Positions 40,917-52,900 of a stretch of 64,000 bases of DNA are shown piece by piece. The notes under the pieces are model-generated. The model saw nothing but the letters and a program-made list of their open reading frames with translations, was not told where the DNA came from and ran no database searches. How positions within the stretch are numbered: position 1 is the first letter of the stretch; every line of letters begins with the position of its first letter. The stretch is from NCBI RefSeq assembly GCF_037042905.1, contig NC_087251.1, positions 30,816,001-30,880,000 on the forward strand, in the 5' to 3' direction. Both the position numbers and the translations under genes were made by a program. The DNA is from Lytechinus pictus. Lineage: Eukaryota.

Positions 40917-42770
40917 TGGGCATCGGTATTCATGAGACGGGGTCCCCAACTTATATAATTTGCATGGTTTTTTGTTTGGTTTATTCGATACTCACTGAAA
41001 CTATAACTCTCATAAGACTTCTGTTGATGTTTTTTATACTAATAATTTCCAATCGAGATTCTTTTATCACTGTCAATTATTGCTGTGTTCATTTGTATTG
41101 TTTGTTACTCACCTATAAAATAATAAATGTGCTGTGCTCATCACGAGCGTGAGAAATATTTTTAGTCATTCATAATACTCTAATATTACGAATTTGTTGT
41201 TCTTAACTGCGATTTAAAATGTTTTGAAAGTATAGGTTAATTGACAGGAAATGAGATTTCTATTTTTACATAATACATTATGTAGGCCTACAAATACAGC
41301 GTGTGTGAAAGAGAGGAAGAGGGGTGGGGTTGTAGGATGGTCGAAGGGAGAGAGCGATAGGGGAGGGGTCGTGGCGTGGACAATGACAAGGGGATGTTGA
41401 GATCGTGTGTGGGATTGGTGAAGAAGTCAATATTCGAAGCGAATACATTTTTATAGACGTGTCTATACTTCTACCGATGATGACGGCCGAATAATCTTTC
41501 TTTACATGTATATTTTGGTGAATTAAAAAAATATTTTCTTGCACCATGAGTGGGATGATCGAGGTACGTGATTCAATAAATTGCATCACAATATCACTAT
41601 AGGTGTAGTTTGAAAATCACGAACAGTTTATTAAAAATGAATAAAAGAGAAAGATCTTCTTAATTTTATAGCCCCCATCCAGCGTAAACACCATGAAGAG
41701 TTTTTGAGGTCACAAAATCAGCTGATTCGCACTCAAACAACAGGTTAAGAGGTCACACACGTGCATGGGACACATTCCAAGGGCGGGAATTCGGGGAAAC
41801 CCGTTTTCAAGCACAATGATTGGCTCAACCCAGAAAGTGAATACTAATTAGATCACGTGCCATCGGCTTTGGGGCGTCTCGTTCACATTCCAACTCATTT
41901 CATAAATATCATCCACTCGCAGTATAATTAGGCTTACGACGTTGTCAAGATATAACTCATATATTAAAAGCACAATTCCGATATAAAACATAAAGACATA
42001 AGTGAACTTGAGAAAATTCATCCCACGATATTCAAATTATACTAGCAACTCATTGTGGGCGTGAAAAAACGATATACATATCCGATATCCTCTAAAACGT
42101 TCACACATATCAACTTTAATAATTCGTACTTGAAACGAATATCTGTGAATGAATTGCCAATTCCACTTTGTTGAATGTGTACTTCTATCAAAAGCTATTG
42201 AATCACGTACCCCTCCCGACCCAAGGTGGATTTTCCAATCGCCATAAAGATTATGCAGCCACAATCACAGTAGACACATCCATAAATAAATATCAATTTC
42301 ATTCGCTACGAACAATCCCCTCCCCACAAAGTCACAAACATCCCATCATTTTCATCTACATTGCCCACGGCCACCCCCCATTATTCTCTTTTTCTCCTTT
42401 ACACAAATTAATTTCAAATGATATTTCATTTTAAATCGTAGTTAAGCAATTGTACAACAAATTCATAAAGCATTCACTGTGATGACTAAAAACATTTCTC
42501 AGGCCCGTGACAGGTGCGCTCATTATTTAATTGGCAGGCAAAGAGTAATAAAGAACAATACAAATGAAAATACACTGTAGGCCTACGTATAACTCACATT
42601 AAAAAATGAGTCGTAATGATAAAAAATGTGAATAATATTAATAAAATTATTAATTATGAAAATAACAGATTCAATGAATATATGAAAATAAATCAAAATA
42701 AATTAGTTTTGGATCCCATCTAATTTTGGAAGACTATCGGATCCCCGGATCAAGGATTTTGATGCCATGT
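40917..42770. mobile_element. Old foldback element with diverged inverted arms of about 600-650 bp
   Basis: Colinear inverted matches: gagaaatatttttagtcat (~41151) vs atgactaaaaacatttctc (~42482); cttaactgcgatttaaaatg (~41202) vs cattttaaatcgtagttaag (~42427); attcgaagcgaat (~41432) vs attcgctacgaa (~42301); ggtacgtgattcaata (~41563) vs tattgaatcacgtacc (~42196). Confidence 0.75.
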
Positions 42771-43745
42771 GTGATTTGTATTATGAATGTGACTGTTGCG
42801 AGCGCAAGTGCAGTGGCACAAAACTTGGTAGACACGCCGTCGCAAAATTAATCAACAGTTTCAAAAGATCGATGTAGAGATCAAGACTTTGGAAATAATG
42901 GAGTAAAATCGGAATTTAAATGTGAATAAATCATTTTGATGTAAGTAAATGAGTTGGACATTATATCAATCCATTCCATTGGCTTTGTCATTATTAACGT
43001 GATCTTTGAATAGTTTTCTCAATTCGCTCTACGGCAGTGTCATCAGAAATGCATTCAATTAATTCATGTAGATGTAGCTATAAAGGCTGGGGCCTAGGAT
43101 GAGATGAAACTATATTTCGATCGAATTTTGATAGTAATTTTGACACACTTTATTTTTGACAAAATAAGTGACAATATCAACTGAAATTCGTAATAATCTA
43201 AATTACATTGCCCAAGCCAGTAACCCACGATACCCCTCTCCTCTCACTTGTTTTGAGCGTATTTACTACCATTTTAAAGACGTAAATAATGTGAGCAATG
43301 CGATACGCAAATGCGAGGTAAACATCTTCGAGCTTCCCACAAAAGAAATTGGGCCTCGAGTCGAGGTCGTATCGTATATAGCGCACTAGTAGTAGTGAGT
43401 CAAAGAAATCCCGGGAAGAAATCGTGGACGAAATAATCGACAAGTTTATTTTAGGATCTGAAAAGCAGATTGTTTTTTATTATATTATTCAGTTTTTGTG
43501 TAGATCTAGGCCTGCTTTACAGTTGTCGGCCACGGTTGTCGGGGAAGTTCACGGTTGGCGGATTTGCCCTGAAAATTTTCAGGGTTGGCGGCGCCCGCCA
43601 ACCGTGACGCGTGGCAGCGAGAACGTTGCTCGCAGTATTGTCTGGCCATTCATTGATGACATTATATTCCTGGAGACTTCCATGTACCATGATTATCATA
43701 TATGAAAATAAATGAAAATCATATTTTGCTTCATTTTTCTTTCAG

Positions 43746-43876
43746 CTCCTATATCTAAAGTACAGACGGTGTTCAGTTATAATGCTCCAGACCCCCACTA
43801 CTTGTCTTTTAAGCAGTTTGAAGTTATTCAGGTATTTGCCAAGGATGCGGACAAATCTGGCTTTTGGACAGGAGAG
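43746..43876 (+). CDS. MIA3: TANGO1/MIA3 exon 2: SH3-like core (APISKVQTVFSYNAPDPHYLSFKQFEVIQVFAKDADKSGFWTGE)
   Basis: Acceptor tttttctttcAG and donor GAG|GTAAGG; phase 1-0. The pattern PIS...YxAPD..LSF....I.VF.K....FW.G is that of the MIA family. Confidence 0.94.
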
Positions 43877-44013
43877 GTAAGGTTTTCATATTAATTTCAG
43901 ACTACATTATTAACAGTTTATTTTGTAGAATGCATAAATGCTCATAAAACCAAATGTTACAATAATTATACATTATATTGAAGTGGAATAATAAATTTAG
44001 AAAATTTACTTAA

Positions 44014-44553
44014 AGGACAAGTCCACCCCAACAAAAAGTTGATGTGAATAAAAAGAGAAAAATCCAAATCGTCTAAATAGGATGTAAAATAAGAAAGTTA
44101 CGACATTTAAATTTTTTGCCTAATTTCACTAAACATCACTCACTACTAGTATTTCTTTTGTATTTTTTATACATGTATGAAATATGAAATGTTCTAATTT
44201 TCTCCTCATTGTCAAGTGAAACAACAATTCCTCCCTGAACATGTGGAATTAGCATTTTTTTAATACTATATGGTTCAGTCAAGTTGGTCCTTAATGTAAA
44301 ATGTGTAAAAAAATGAAATATTGTAGAATTCAAACAATAAAAAAAACGAAAGAAATAGTGAGTGAAGGACATCATCGACTGTCTAATTTGCATGTCTTTT
44401 TAATTGTGCATATCACTGTTATGTGAAAAATAAACGAAACTTTAAAATGACTTTCTTATTTTACATCCGATTTCGATGAAATTTTCAGTGTTATTCTCAT
44501 TTGATTTTTCTCTATTTATTCAAATCAACATTTTTCTGGGGTGGACTTGACCT
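44014..44553. mobile_element. Second copy of the Kolobok-like MITE family, in TANGO1 intron 2; decayed related fragments follow to about 44880 and occur at about 29030-29290
   Basis: TTAA|AGGACAAGTCCACCCCA...TGGGGTGGACTTGACCT, then TTTAA. Extensive identity to 32243-32842. Confidence 0.88.
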
Positions 44554-44915
44554 TTTAAATGATTCTTACGACTTCAGGGAAAAGTGAAAATAAAGACTAA
44601 TTATTTTACAACAGTAATATGTTAAACACATGCAGTATGAAAATGAGGGAACTGATGACATCACACATTCACTATTTATTTTTTATTTTATTCATGAAAT
44701 ATGAAATAGGAGATATATTTCCCTCTTTATAATATTTTTAAATATTTTTTTTTTTTAATGGTTTGATTCCTCTGTTAACACATAGAATATCCATTGCTAT
44801 AAACCTGTTGTGAATCAATCAAGAACTTCTTTATTGTCAAATATTTATATAGTCTATATTTCATATAATGAAATACAATTGAATAGTATGTTTGTTTGTA
44901 TTTTTCTTGTTATAG

Positions 44916-45014
44916 CTGCTTATGAAACCTGGGAATATTGGTCTCTTCAACAAAGATCATGTGAAAGAGTTAGTTGTATTCAACAAAAGTCCTGCCCAAC
45001 ATGTTGACATTGTG
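44916..45014 (+). CDS. MIA3: TANGO1/MIA3 exon 3: end of the SH3-like domain (LLMKPGNIGLFNKDHVKELVVFNKSPAQHVDIV)
   Basis: Acceptor tttttcttgttatAG and donor GTG|GTACGT; 99 nt, phase 0-0. GLFNKDHVKE corresponds to the family GYFPxxxVxE motif. Confidence 0.9.
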
Positions 45015-45499
45015 GTACGTAAACTGATTTCTGTGCATTGACATACTTGTCAAACTCTGATTTGGAGACAGTTTATTTGCATTTAAACTTGTATATAAAC
45101 CTGTGGAACGGCACATTGTCAGATGAAAATGAAACTGGGGGGGGGGGGGGGGTCAATTAGAATTAAAAAGAGTGGAAAGAGAAGCAATTTATTTGTTCCA
45201 TCAAATTTACTCAATTTTTCTATGACAATCCTCAAATATGCATTATCAAAACGAATCCTGTGAAATCGAAATCTGTTGCGTAATTTGGATTGATTTAGAA
45301 GATTTGGGAATTCTGTAAGACAGCAGAAATTTGTGAATTTTCATTAGAAGACGAAACAATTGTCAAACAAACTTGACATTGAATAATTACTTTGGAAAGC
45401 TAGTGTTGGCGGGCCATGTACATGTGCAGTTTTTCACATTTCTGAATTTTGATTGCCCTGTAGATGTAATGTATGTCTTACTTAGGTGTCAATTTCAAC

Positions 45500-46013
45500 A
45501 TCCCTTTTGTTCCTCCCATATTCACAAAATATTTTAAATTGACTGAAAATGTCCATTCATATTCAACAAGACAAGCTAGTGATTTAGATTAACCTTTATT
45601 ACACTATGAATCTTCTAGAAAATCTGTAGAATCTGCTGGAGTTACGTTATGGAACAAAATACCTAAAGAAATAAAAAGATGCCCATCTCTTGCCTCATTC
45701 AAAAACAAGTTTAAAAATACATTATTGATACCTGTAAAGATTAAAATATGAGGAAATTGCCTTATCACCCACCCACATATTTAGATATATACAGTATATT
45801 CTCTCTTTTATGATTAATATGATTATATTATGGTTTTGGGAGCCAAGCCTTAGTTCAGGCAATTGTCCTGTGCTGGCTCGCCCATATTCTCATATTCTCT
45901 CTTGTAAATGTATTTAATTTTTTGTATCCTTAATTGTATACCGTGCATTCTTTCTATTTGAATTGTATGTTTTTAATGAGAATTTGAAATAAAATCAATG
46001 AAATGAAATGAAA
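45500..46013 (+). mobile_element. 5'-truncated LINE (CR1/L2/Crack-type) 3' end: ORF2 C-terminus, 3'UTR and tail
   Basis: Translates as PPIFTKYFKLTENVHSYSTRQASDLD*PLLHYESSRKSVESAGVTLWNKIPKEIKRCPSLASFKNKFKNTLL, which has the HxYxTR...GxxLWNxLP...SLxxFK pattern and one stop. Ends with AATAAA and a (TGAAA)n tail. Confidence 0.85.
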
Positions 46014-46540
46014 GGTCAATCATATCAATATGATTATTTATCCTTGTAAAAACACTTTAGAAATATGCCACAATCATCTTCAACCATTTTGAAATTTATA
46101 TTTTATGCTCTTTTGTCTCTGTTTCATGCCCTGGTGCTTTAAAAATGAGTTTGACTTGTATCTTTCAAAAGATAAGATAATCATGATATTGATAATGATT
46201 ATGATGATAATAATGATAATATTTATAATAATAATAAAGTTCAAGCCACACAGTTGATGTAAATCAGCATTAATAGAAAGCAATGAACTTATCAAACATA
46301 TATACCCAATCCAAAGATAGATATTAAGGTTGAAAATAATGAATGAATAAAGTAGCGGGTTGAGTAACGAATGTTTAAAAAATATTTTTGGAAATAATTA
46401 ATTGCCTATTAAAGGGAAGGATGTTGATTTAAATAAAAAATATCAACAAATTATTGTACAAAATTTTATCATTCAATAAGTTACTTATATATATTGTTGT
46501 GTTGTTATCCTTTGATTTTTTCCCCTCTATTTGCATAAAG

Positions 46541-48776
46541 GATGTCTTTGACAATAGAGGGATACCACATGGGTTAGGAGATAAAACACCCTCTGAACCT
46601 ACGGCAGAGGAAACAGAACATCTTGAAATAAAAGAAGATAATGGAACAGATGAAGGGCAGTACCTGAGTGGCCAGGAGCAGGGACAGGAGCATAGTGGGG
46701 GAGAACAGGACCTGAGCCATGATAATCCAGACCAGACCAAGGAGCAGAATGGATTGGTACCGGATAGGGACCATGATACAGCACAGCAGGGACAGGAGCA
46801 GAGTGAGGGAGAAAAGGTCCAAGAGCAGTTAGAATCGGAACAGATCCAGGGACAGGAACAGAGCAGAGAAGCCCAGGACCAAGTAGAGGATCAGGACCAC
46901 AATGAATCAGAACAGGAAAAACAACAAAGCAGGGAAGAGCAGGACCAGGGGGAGACTGGAAATCTGGACCAGGACCACATTGAACAAGAACGGGAACAGG
47001 ACCAGGAGATGAATGCACCAGGTAGGTTTAAATTTGTGGCAGATCAACAACAAAGCAAGGAGGAACCTGAATTAGTGAGAAATCATATCAAAGTTGGTGA
47101 TGGACCAAATAATGAAATTGGTGATGGTTTGTCTAATGATAACTTTCATAGAAGTGGAAGAAATGGAATCAAATTTGAACAAAATGCCAAAGTGCTGATT
47201 GATGAAAAATCAGTGGATAATTTTCAAAATGAAAGAAGAGATATTGAAAATAGAGAAAATAATCTAAGAATGGTTGTGCAAAGTGAATCATTGATCATAG
47301 GACATGAGGAGATAAATGGGAATGGACTTGATGTGAATAAAGCAATTCAAGGAACTGTGTCTCAACAGGATAATCTGGATATAAATAAATCAGATGCAAA
47401 ACCTAACTTACAAGCAGATATTTTCCCCACCCAAAGTGATGATTATTCTCAATATCAGTTTGAAAAAGCAAGTTTCGCTAATGACAAACATCAAGATTTA
47501 TCTTTGAAGGAATCAGATATTGTTAATGTACATCTATCAAAAGAAAGCGTTGATTTTACGGAACTTAGACCCAATCCAAAGATAGATATTAAGCTTGAAA
47601 ATACTGAATTATTTAAAAGAGATAAGGATACACCATCTGAAACATACATTCCTCATGATACAGGCAACATAGGGAATGAACAAGAAGAAATTGAAGTTTA
47701 TGACAATTATGGCAAGGAGAAAGAAGATGATGGCGTGGTGTTTTTCCATCGGGAATATGATGAAGAAGAGGAGGAGGATTTTCTTGATGAAATCCTAGAG
47801 GCTAGGGGCATCGAAGACAAACGTATCGAGGAAGAAAAGAACAAACCCAAAAAAAGAAATGCAAAGGTTGCTTCCCATGGAGAGGACTTGGATAAGGGCG
47901 ACTTAGAGGAAGTTGAGAAAAGCCACTACGACGGTCCTGTCAAGAACGAACCTGATGAAGAAAGGATGAGTGTCATCCACAAAGTTCAGCAACTGATTTT
48001 CGATACTCAGAAGCAGGAGAGAGTCATCAAGGAACTGACTGAGAAGGATCCCCCAGGAGGTCCCGAGAGGGGTGATATTATGGGTGTGGAAGAAGCAGCT
48101 TATTATCAGGAAATGGAGAGGGCTATGGAAGAAGAAGAAGAACAAACAGATTTGGACAATGTTGTATTTGAGAGTAGAAGGGAGCAGATGAAGGACCGTA
48201 AAGTAGCTGAAGCCATGGTTGAAGAAACACAAGAAGAAATAATGGTCTCAGATGATGAGGATGAAGAAGAATTCGATAAGGAAGAAATTGAAGAAAAAGA
48301 TTATGATGATAATAAGGAGGAGGATGAAGAAGAAGAAGAGGAGGAGGAGGAAGAAGAGGATGGGCTAAATATACAAGATGGAGAAAATGAAGAGACGAGT
48401 CAAGATAAGAAGAATGAAGATTTAGAATATACCAATATAATAGATCAAACCATCCTACCTGATGAAACCTTGACATTTAATGATAAGGATGACATTGGAA
48501 ATGAGGAATTTATTCAGGAAGGACTTGAGAGTGAAGGTTTGGATGACGGAGATGAAGGGGTATTAGGTTTAGTGGAAAATGATGAAATTGAAGAATGGAT
48601 AATTCATATGGATCAGAATATAAGAGAAGAATTGGACTACCAGAGGGAATTTGATGAAAATTCTAGGGAAGGAAGAGAGATGGAGGCCGTCCAACCATCT
48701 AGGACTCTTGACCCCGAAGGAGATGTGGAACACATTGACAGTGACACTGCTTTTCAGGAGAATATAATGGTCTTCG
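46541..48776 (+). CDS. MIA3: TANGO1/MIA3 exon 4: acidic low-complexity lumenal region, with an alternative internal donor after 47021
   Basis: Lies within the 805-aa ORF. Polypyrimidine tract and AG end at 46540 in phase 0. Donors CAG|GTAGGT (after 47021) and TCG|GTAAGT (after 48776) are both phase 1. E/D/Q-rich, as is typical of the TANGO1 lumenal region. Confidence 0.85.
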
Positions 48777-49942
48777 GTAAGTTGGATGGAAAAGTGCACA
48801 ATGCTGCCATAATATCAAACTGCATACAAGCTGCATGTGTCTCCTCACACTACTCCATTCATATTGCCTAACCTTGGACTTTCATAATCATCTCAACCCC
48901 ATTACACCAACTCAATTGCCAAACTAATACATGCATTATCAATTTAATTATCCGGTAAGTAATGTAAATATCTGTGAATTCTGGACAATATCCCTTTCAA
49001 CAATACATTGATTTATTGATGAAATACTTTGACTTTGCCTTTGTATTGATTTCAATGAGTGGGAAATCCATTTTTTTAACATAATACGTTCTGCTAGCAT
49101 AGAGTAAGTTGCAAAATAAAGTTTGTTTTATCTCAAATATTATACATTATGATGCAGTAGCATGCGCAGGGGGGGGGGTACAGGGGTTCAACCTCCCCTA
49201 AATTTGTTTTGGAACCTTTTTGTACGCAGGGAGGTGGTTACAGGGGTTCAACCCCCCCCTAAACATTTTTTGAAACCCTTTTTTCTTACTCGTCATTTTT
49301 TTGGTCTGAAACAACCTCCAATTTTTTATGAAAACCCCCTTTTTTGCTTGTCAACTTGTCATTCAGCTTGAACCCCCTCCCCTTCAAAAATCCTGCGTAC
49401 AGGGGGACTGTTATGTTGTGAATATACATGATATCAATTGCTATAGTGTTTTTGAATTGAAATATAATTTTTCCTTGTATTCTAAATAATGATTGATACA
49501 TCTGAATAAAATCATGAAAAGTCAACAGTTCACAATTTACAGAAATAAATGAAAACCCCCAAAAGCAATGTACATGTATACACATATATGTTCATTATTA
49601 ATTTAATTGTAAAAATATTATGTTTTACTTGTTGAATGTGCTTTGTGTGTACTGAACTAACCTACCGCAACTGTATGGATTGATGTCGATCATGTGTGCA
49701 TTTTGTTCTTTTGTTTTGTCCAAGTACAAGTAATTGATATTCATGCAATTTGCTTTTGATTGGTAAGATTTAAGTTTGCCTGTTATTTTATTGCTGCTAA
49801 TACTAATCTTTATTTATTGCTTTGTTTTGTTTCTTCTTATTTTGTCTTTCATGCTTGTCATTTTGTTTTGTGGATGTTCCTGTTTGTTTAATGTGTATGC
49901 TTCATCTTCATGTAAATATATACTGCATGCTGTTGCAAGTAG

Positions 49943-52900
49943 ATTTTGGAAAACAATTGGAATCAAGCAAATCAGAAAGTCAGAATGATGAAAATGAGGC
50001 AGAGGAAAATACTATAAATGTAGAAATAGACACTTCTAGCAATAACATAAATATTGAAAATATAGATAAATTTCAACAAGACGTAGACTGCCTTTGGTTC
50101 TATTCACTTCTAGTCCATCAAAGGAAATATCCTGTTTGCCCTATCAGCCACCAGATGATAGAGTTTATAGACACAGACAAATCAATAGAGTACATTTCTA
50201 GCCATGTGTTACGTGATAAACACGTCAATACGAAAGACATTGATAACTTTAGTGAATTGCTATACATTTTTGGCAAGTGTGATGCGTCATCGTTGAAATT
50301 TCAATCAGAGCACAGAGTATGCACAGCTGTGGAATATTTTATCAGAGCCTTTGAGAATGAGGAAAACCCTAATGTGAAGCAGAATCTGGAGCCTGGAAGA
50401 GAAGTCAATCACCCTTTTTGCATGGCCGACCAAAGTTTTGAGTACATGAATGTCATGCAGACAGTTGGTCTTTGCTTTGACAGTGATATTTCTGCGAAGA
50501 AGAGCGTAAACCCACAAACACAAACGAGACCAAAAGACATCAACAATGTTGACTGTATGAAAATAGATTATCAGGATATAATGCAGATATATCTATTTCA
50601 TTCTACGTGTTCTTATTATGGGAAGGATATTGATTCTGAACCATCATGTTTAGAGCCTGTTCAAATAAATAAAGTTTTTACTGAAGATTCAATTGACATT
50701 GATGACAAACAAAGAACAGAGAAAGATAATAAGCTCAAAGCATCTGAGGGAATCATCAAGGTGTCCCCAAATGCTGCTGCCAAAGTTGAGTTTTTGTCTC
50801 TCCTCTTAATGAGTTGGTATCCACATTTAGAAATCACTCCAGCGAATGGGGTTGAAGCAAAGAAGACACCACCAATTGACCACACAAAGACAGAGAAACA
50901 TCCACCTAGAAATGATACGTCCATGGAATTAGATGATCTAGCTGGAAAACCTGAAATTCCTGACAGTCAAACTGACCTTGGTGAGCCAAAAATAGGTAAG
51001 GAATATATGTGGCTGACTTGTCCCAACGAACAATTACTTGAACTTGAATTCTCAAAATTGTTTATGTGCACCATTGATGGAATGGAGAGCACTTCAACGG
51101 TATCTGAAGTGGTAAAAAACTTGGAGAAAGAAAGCAATCATGTTATACAAGATGAAGGATTGCTCTCAGATTCATCACAAATTGCCATTATGCAGAATAA
51201 TAATGGGACAACACCTTGGTCAACTCTGAGTGCCAACAAGTGTCAAGGTAGTGAATGTCCTGAAAATAAAGCTGAAAGAAGAAGCGTTTTTCATGACAAA
51301 CCAAGGATGTCCCAGACCCAAAGCCAGTACTGCAGCCGTCCAATGTACGTTGATCTCTTAGTTCCATCAGGAGGATTGTGTGAAGTTCAGCAAAAGACTT
51401 CAAAACAAGAAGTATTTTACAGAAGCACAGCTTTGTCTTGCAGCAAGCTCAAAAGATACAAAGATATCCTACTAGCTTACAACCAACCAAAGTTTTGCAT
51501 AATTCAGGACTTTTCAATTGCCCCAAAAGTTCCCACTGAGGCTATGTCTGTCAACACTTCAAGCAGACTGGATGGATATCATCATGAATTTGCTGATGCT
51601 TATATGAAAAAGTATTACTGTTTTGGTAGCCAGTCTATTTTACCACCAGAAGTGGATCATCATGAGGACAAATCTGGGTCTATCAATACCATCTTGGTCT
51701 CCAAGAAACTCACTTTACGATGGAATCAGAGCACCTGTAGCAAGATTGATGGATATTTTCATACACTTAATGATAATTTTAGAAAGGAAAAACAGTGTTT
51801 AATTGATGGTGATCAAGTGGATGTAAAATCAAAAGAAAAATCTCAAAAAGTGTGTTCAAAACATTCTCAATCCTGTTTGTATGTAGACTTGTTCATGAAA
51901 ATAATTTCCTTCTACAAGAGGATTTGTTTTATGACAGATGGCCATATGCTGATGCATCGTGAATTCGAAAGCATCTTAATTGAAGCAAACCTAGACTCAA
52001 AGCCCAGTATTAAGACATTCAAACAACCAAATGAAACAATCGAACACAAAATCCTCCATGGGCATGGATCATGCCGTTTAGACCTCTTTGAGGACATTGT
52101 AACATTTCGATCAAAGCAAAGATTTTCCAGGAATGGCATTATCAAGGAAATAGAGATGTGTCCCTTGAGAAAAATTACATTGATGGAAGAAGTTGGTGTT
52201 CCTTCAGAGGCAACTGATGAAAGTATCCTGCATTCTGAGAAACATGAACAGAATGTGCCTGTAGATCTTACAGGAAGTACTCCAGAGATTAGGTTTTCTT
52301 ACAGTCACAATGATTCTTGCTTCCAGGGATCCAAGCTGGATGATTACAAGGCACTCCTCAGTTTTATGTGTACTCCCCTTCAATTCCAATCAGGTCAAGA
52401 TAAACAGTTACCTGAAAAGGAAGGAAATTATTTTGTAGAGATTGAGACTATTCTCTGTCCCATCAACACTTGCTGTCCATTTTCCAAGGTGGATGGATAC
52501 AAGGCACTGTTCAACCTAATGTGTATACCTTTATACCTCAAATCAGCTGAAAATTCAAGTGAAGGAAAGATTTTAAAAGAGAGTGAGGTTCACCAAAGTT
52601 ATACCAATCCTTTGCTCCATTGCTCAAAGATAGATGAATACAAAACACTCTTCATCCTCATGACAGATACTCCTGTACAACTGCAATTGTCTTCAGATTC
52701 GCATTTCCCAACTAATCTAGGAATAAGTTTAGATGTGACTAGGTCTGCTCTCAGTTCAATCTCTTGTTGTCAGTGCCCTAAGATGGATGAATATAAGACA
52801 CTGTTTGAAATAAAGAAACACGCTCCTCCTGACTTCCAATTGACCCAAGCCACAGCATTCCCTCCAAAGGAAAGAAAGGATTTGATAGAACTGAAGGTTT

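Noticed and set aside
46454..46540. Hydrophobic N-terminus of the 805-aa ORF
   Set aside because: It is the translated polypyrimidine tract. The real signal peptide is at 36526.
46599..48476. Antisense ORFs (139, 109 and 117 aa) over TANGO1 exon 4
   Set aside because: They are shadow frames of purine-rich repetitive coding sequence.
49822..49942. Hydrophobic, Cys-rich N-terminus of the 2200-aa ORF as the signal peptide of a stand-alone gene
   Set aside because: It starts at TTG and is the translation of a T-rich intron end. A phase-compatible acceptor follows immediately and no promoter-like sequence is evident. A nested gene is not fully excluded.
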